Source of the DNA: Candidatus Woesearchaeota archaeon
GTDB lineage: Archaea; Nanobdellota; Nanobdellia; Pacearchaeales; GW2011-AR1
DNA length: 63,218 bases
NCBI GenBank assembly: GCA_964601175.1
Contig: CAZRMJ010000004.1
Coordinates: 1 to 63,218 of the forward strand
Direction: 5' to 3'
The notes below the pieces were generated by a model, which had not been told where the DNA came from, did no database searches, and saw only the letters and a list, made by a program, of their open reading frames with translations. Shown one piece after another: positions 61,989 to 63,218 of the stretch; the stretch's first letter is position 1; every line of letters begins with the position of its first letter. A program made the position numbers and the translations under genes.

Positions 61989-62606
61989 ATGGCAGAAAAA
62001 AAATCAAAAAAACTAATTAAGAAAAAATTCTTTGACATTCCAGTACATTTGACAGCCTCAAAAGTAAAACTATATGCTTCAGAGGTTGAAGAACTAGATG
62101 GAAAAATAATCAAGTTAGATATGACCAAAAACCTAAAGGGTAAAAATGTAGAGTTAAAAGCAAAAGTAATTAGCAAAGACGGAAAAATAGAAAGTGAACT
62201 AATTAGCATGATTCTATTGCCTAGTTTCATAAGAAGAACTATGAGAAGAGGAATTGATTATGTAGAAGACTCATTCAAAGCATCATGTAAAGATGCAGAA
62301 CTTTTGATAAAACCCTTTATGATAACAAGAAATCACGTATCTAGAGATGTAAGAAAAGAAATAAGAAATACTGCTCGTAAATTTATAGAAAGCAGAGCAA
62401 GAATAAAAACATTAATTGAATTGTTCTCTGAAATTATGACTGGAAAATTACAAAAAGCAGTATCTACAAGAGTAAAAAAAATATATCCCCTAGCATTTTG
62501 TGAAATACGTTGGATAGAGAGAGTAGGGCCTCCAATAAAAACAAAAGATTCTGAAAAAGTAGAGGAAGAAGAATTTGAAGCAGAAGAAGCTCCAGAACAG
62601 CAATAA
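61989..62606 (+). CDS. rps3ae: 30S ribosomal protein S3Ae (eS1)
   Basis: 205 aa; KKKFFDIPVH..LYASEVEELDGKIIKLDMTK and an acidic tail. Confidence 0.85.
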   Translation: MAEKKSKKLIKKKFFDIPVHLTASKVKLYASEVEELDGKIIKLDMTKNLKGKNVELKAKVISKDGKIESELISMILLPSFIRRTMRRGIDYVEDSFKASCKDAELLIKPFMITRNHVSRDVRKEIRNTARKFIESRARIKTLIELFSEIMTGKLQKAVSTRVKKIYPLAFCEIRWIERVGPPIKTKDSEKVEEEEFEAEEAPEQQ

Positions 62607-62674
62607 TCAATAAACAAAATTCTCAACCGAACTATTAATAATAGAAAAAATTATAAAGACCAGCCTCATAGTAT

Positions 62675-63082
62675 GTGATAGGTATGACTAATAAAAAGCA
62701 ACTATCTAAAGAAGGAGAACTAAGGTTTGCATCTGAATTCATAAGAAAAGGATGGAATGTTTTCTTACCCTATGGAGAAGATGGTCCAATAGATTTGCTT
62801 TTAGAAAAAGAGGGTCAATTTAAAAGAATACAGATAAAATCAACATCTCCAATAAATGGTACTATACATTGCAGAATAAAATCTTCTAATAACTGGCAAA
62901 TCAAAAAGTATACAAAAAAAGATATAGATTATTTCGGAATTTATGATTATTCCAATAAAAAAGGATACTTTATACCAATAGAAGAAATGGAAGGATTTGG
63001 AGAAACAATATTAAGAATAGAAAAAACAAAAAACAACCAGTCCAAGGGAGTTAGGCTGGCAGAAAATTATGTTTATTTCTAA
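62675..63082 (+). CDS. PD-(D/E)XK-fold nuclease-like protein
   Basis: 135 aa (GTG start, or ATG at 62684); GELRFASEFIRKGWNVFLPYGEDGPIDLLLEKEGQFKRIQIKST fits a D..(D/E)xK/QxK nuclease core. Confidence 0.5.
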   Translation: MIGMTNKKQLSKEGELRFASEFIRKGWNVFLPYGEDGPIDLLLEKEGQFKRIQIKSTSPINGTIHCRIKSSNNWQIKKYTKKDIDYFGIYDYSNKKGYFIPIEEMEGFGETILRIEKTKNNQSKGVRLAENYVYF

Positions 63083-63093
63083 AAAGAATAGCA

Positions 63094-63101
63094 TTTTTAA
63101 A
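63094..63101 (+). promoter_or_regulatory. TATA box for tRNA-Thr
   Basis: TTTTTAAA; the TTTAAA core (63096) lies 29 nt upstream of tRNA +1 (63125). Confidence 0.5.
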
Positions 63102-63124
63102 CCAAGAATTTCATTAAATTTTAT

Positions 63125-63216
63125 GCCTCTGTAGCTCAACGGTTAGAGCAATAGTTTTGTAAATCCAGAGATTTCAAAACAACTATAGGTTGGGGGTTCG
63201 ATTCCCTCCAGAGGCT
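63125..63216 (+). tRNA. tRNA-Thr (anticodon TGT) with a ~19-nt canonical 37/38 intron
   Basis: GCCTCTG/CAGAGGC acceptor, D arm GCTC-AACGGTTA-GAGC, anticodon stem ATAGT/ACTAT, loop TTTGTA|intron 63162-63180 (aatccagagatttcaaaac)|A, T arm GGGGG-TTCGATT-CCCTC. Confidence 0.8.
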
Positions 63217-63218
63217 TT

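Noticed and set aside
1-63218. The window might come from a CPR/Patescibacteria bacterium, given the AT-rich composition, small genes and bacterial-like AlaRS and LeuRS
   Set aside because: TBP, TFB, TFE, Rpo11, GatDE, EndA, the eukaryote/archaea-specific r-proteins (S8e, S17e, L44e, S3Ae), deoxyhypusine synthase and TATA-box promoters make an archaeal origin unambiguous.
1-63218. Prophage, IS element, integrase, toxin-antitoxin or classical defence islands
   Set aside because: I saw no transposase, integrase, capsid, terminase, restriction-modification or Cas-like motifs in any of the listed ORFs. The only nuclease-like stand-alone gene is the small PD-(D/E)XK protein at 62675-63082.

Overview
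AT-rich, very gene-dense (many 1-8 nt start/stop overlaps), mostly minus-strand window from an archaeon. TBP, TFB, TFE, Rpo11, GatDE, tRNA-splicing endonuclease, deoxyhypusine synthase, ATP-dependent DNA ligase, RadB and r-proteins eS17/eS8/eL42(L44e)/eS1(S3Ae) rule out a bacterium. The small streamlined look fits a DPANN-type lineage, but that is inference. The content is mostly housekeeping: FtsZ (partial), five aminoacyl-tRNA synthetases (Asp, Pro, Ala, Leu, Gly), all subunits of both tRNA-dependent amidotransferases (GatCAB and GatDE), cell-envelope lipid-carrier genes (UppS, UppP), a processive GT2, rhomboid, ScpB, RNase Z and an Sm protein. I found six tRNA genes by hand: Arg-TCG, Met-CAT, Cys-GCA, Arg-TCT, Val-GAC and Thr-TGT (canonical intron). 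The most unusual signal is at the tRNA loci. Three tRNAs have their 3' end directly duplicated around a homologous ~50-nt twin-hairpin cassette whose second hairpin has a conserved apex and covarying stems. tRNA-Cys has its 5' end duplicated around a 36-nt insert, and tRNA-Val is preceded by a 67-nt stem-closed element. TATA boxes sit at a fixed 29-31 nt from tRNA +1, or from the distal copy or insert, which suggests leaderless tRNA transcription. The second candidate is a translationally coupled operon: a small RHH-like ORF, a 609-aa protein with a pilin-type (class III) signal peptide, and a 1736-aa secreted Cys-rich giant protein with no recognisable domains. No rRNA, CRISPR array, transposase or integrase was seen. 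All calls come from reading the sequence and ORF track; no searches or computations were run.
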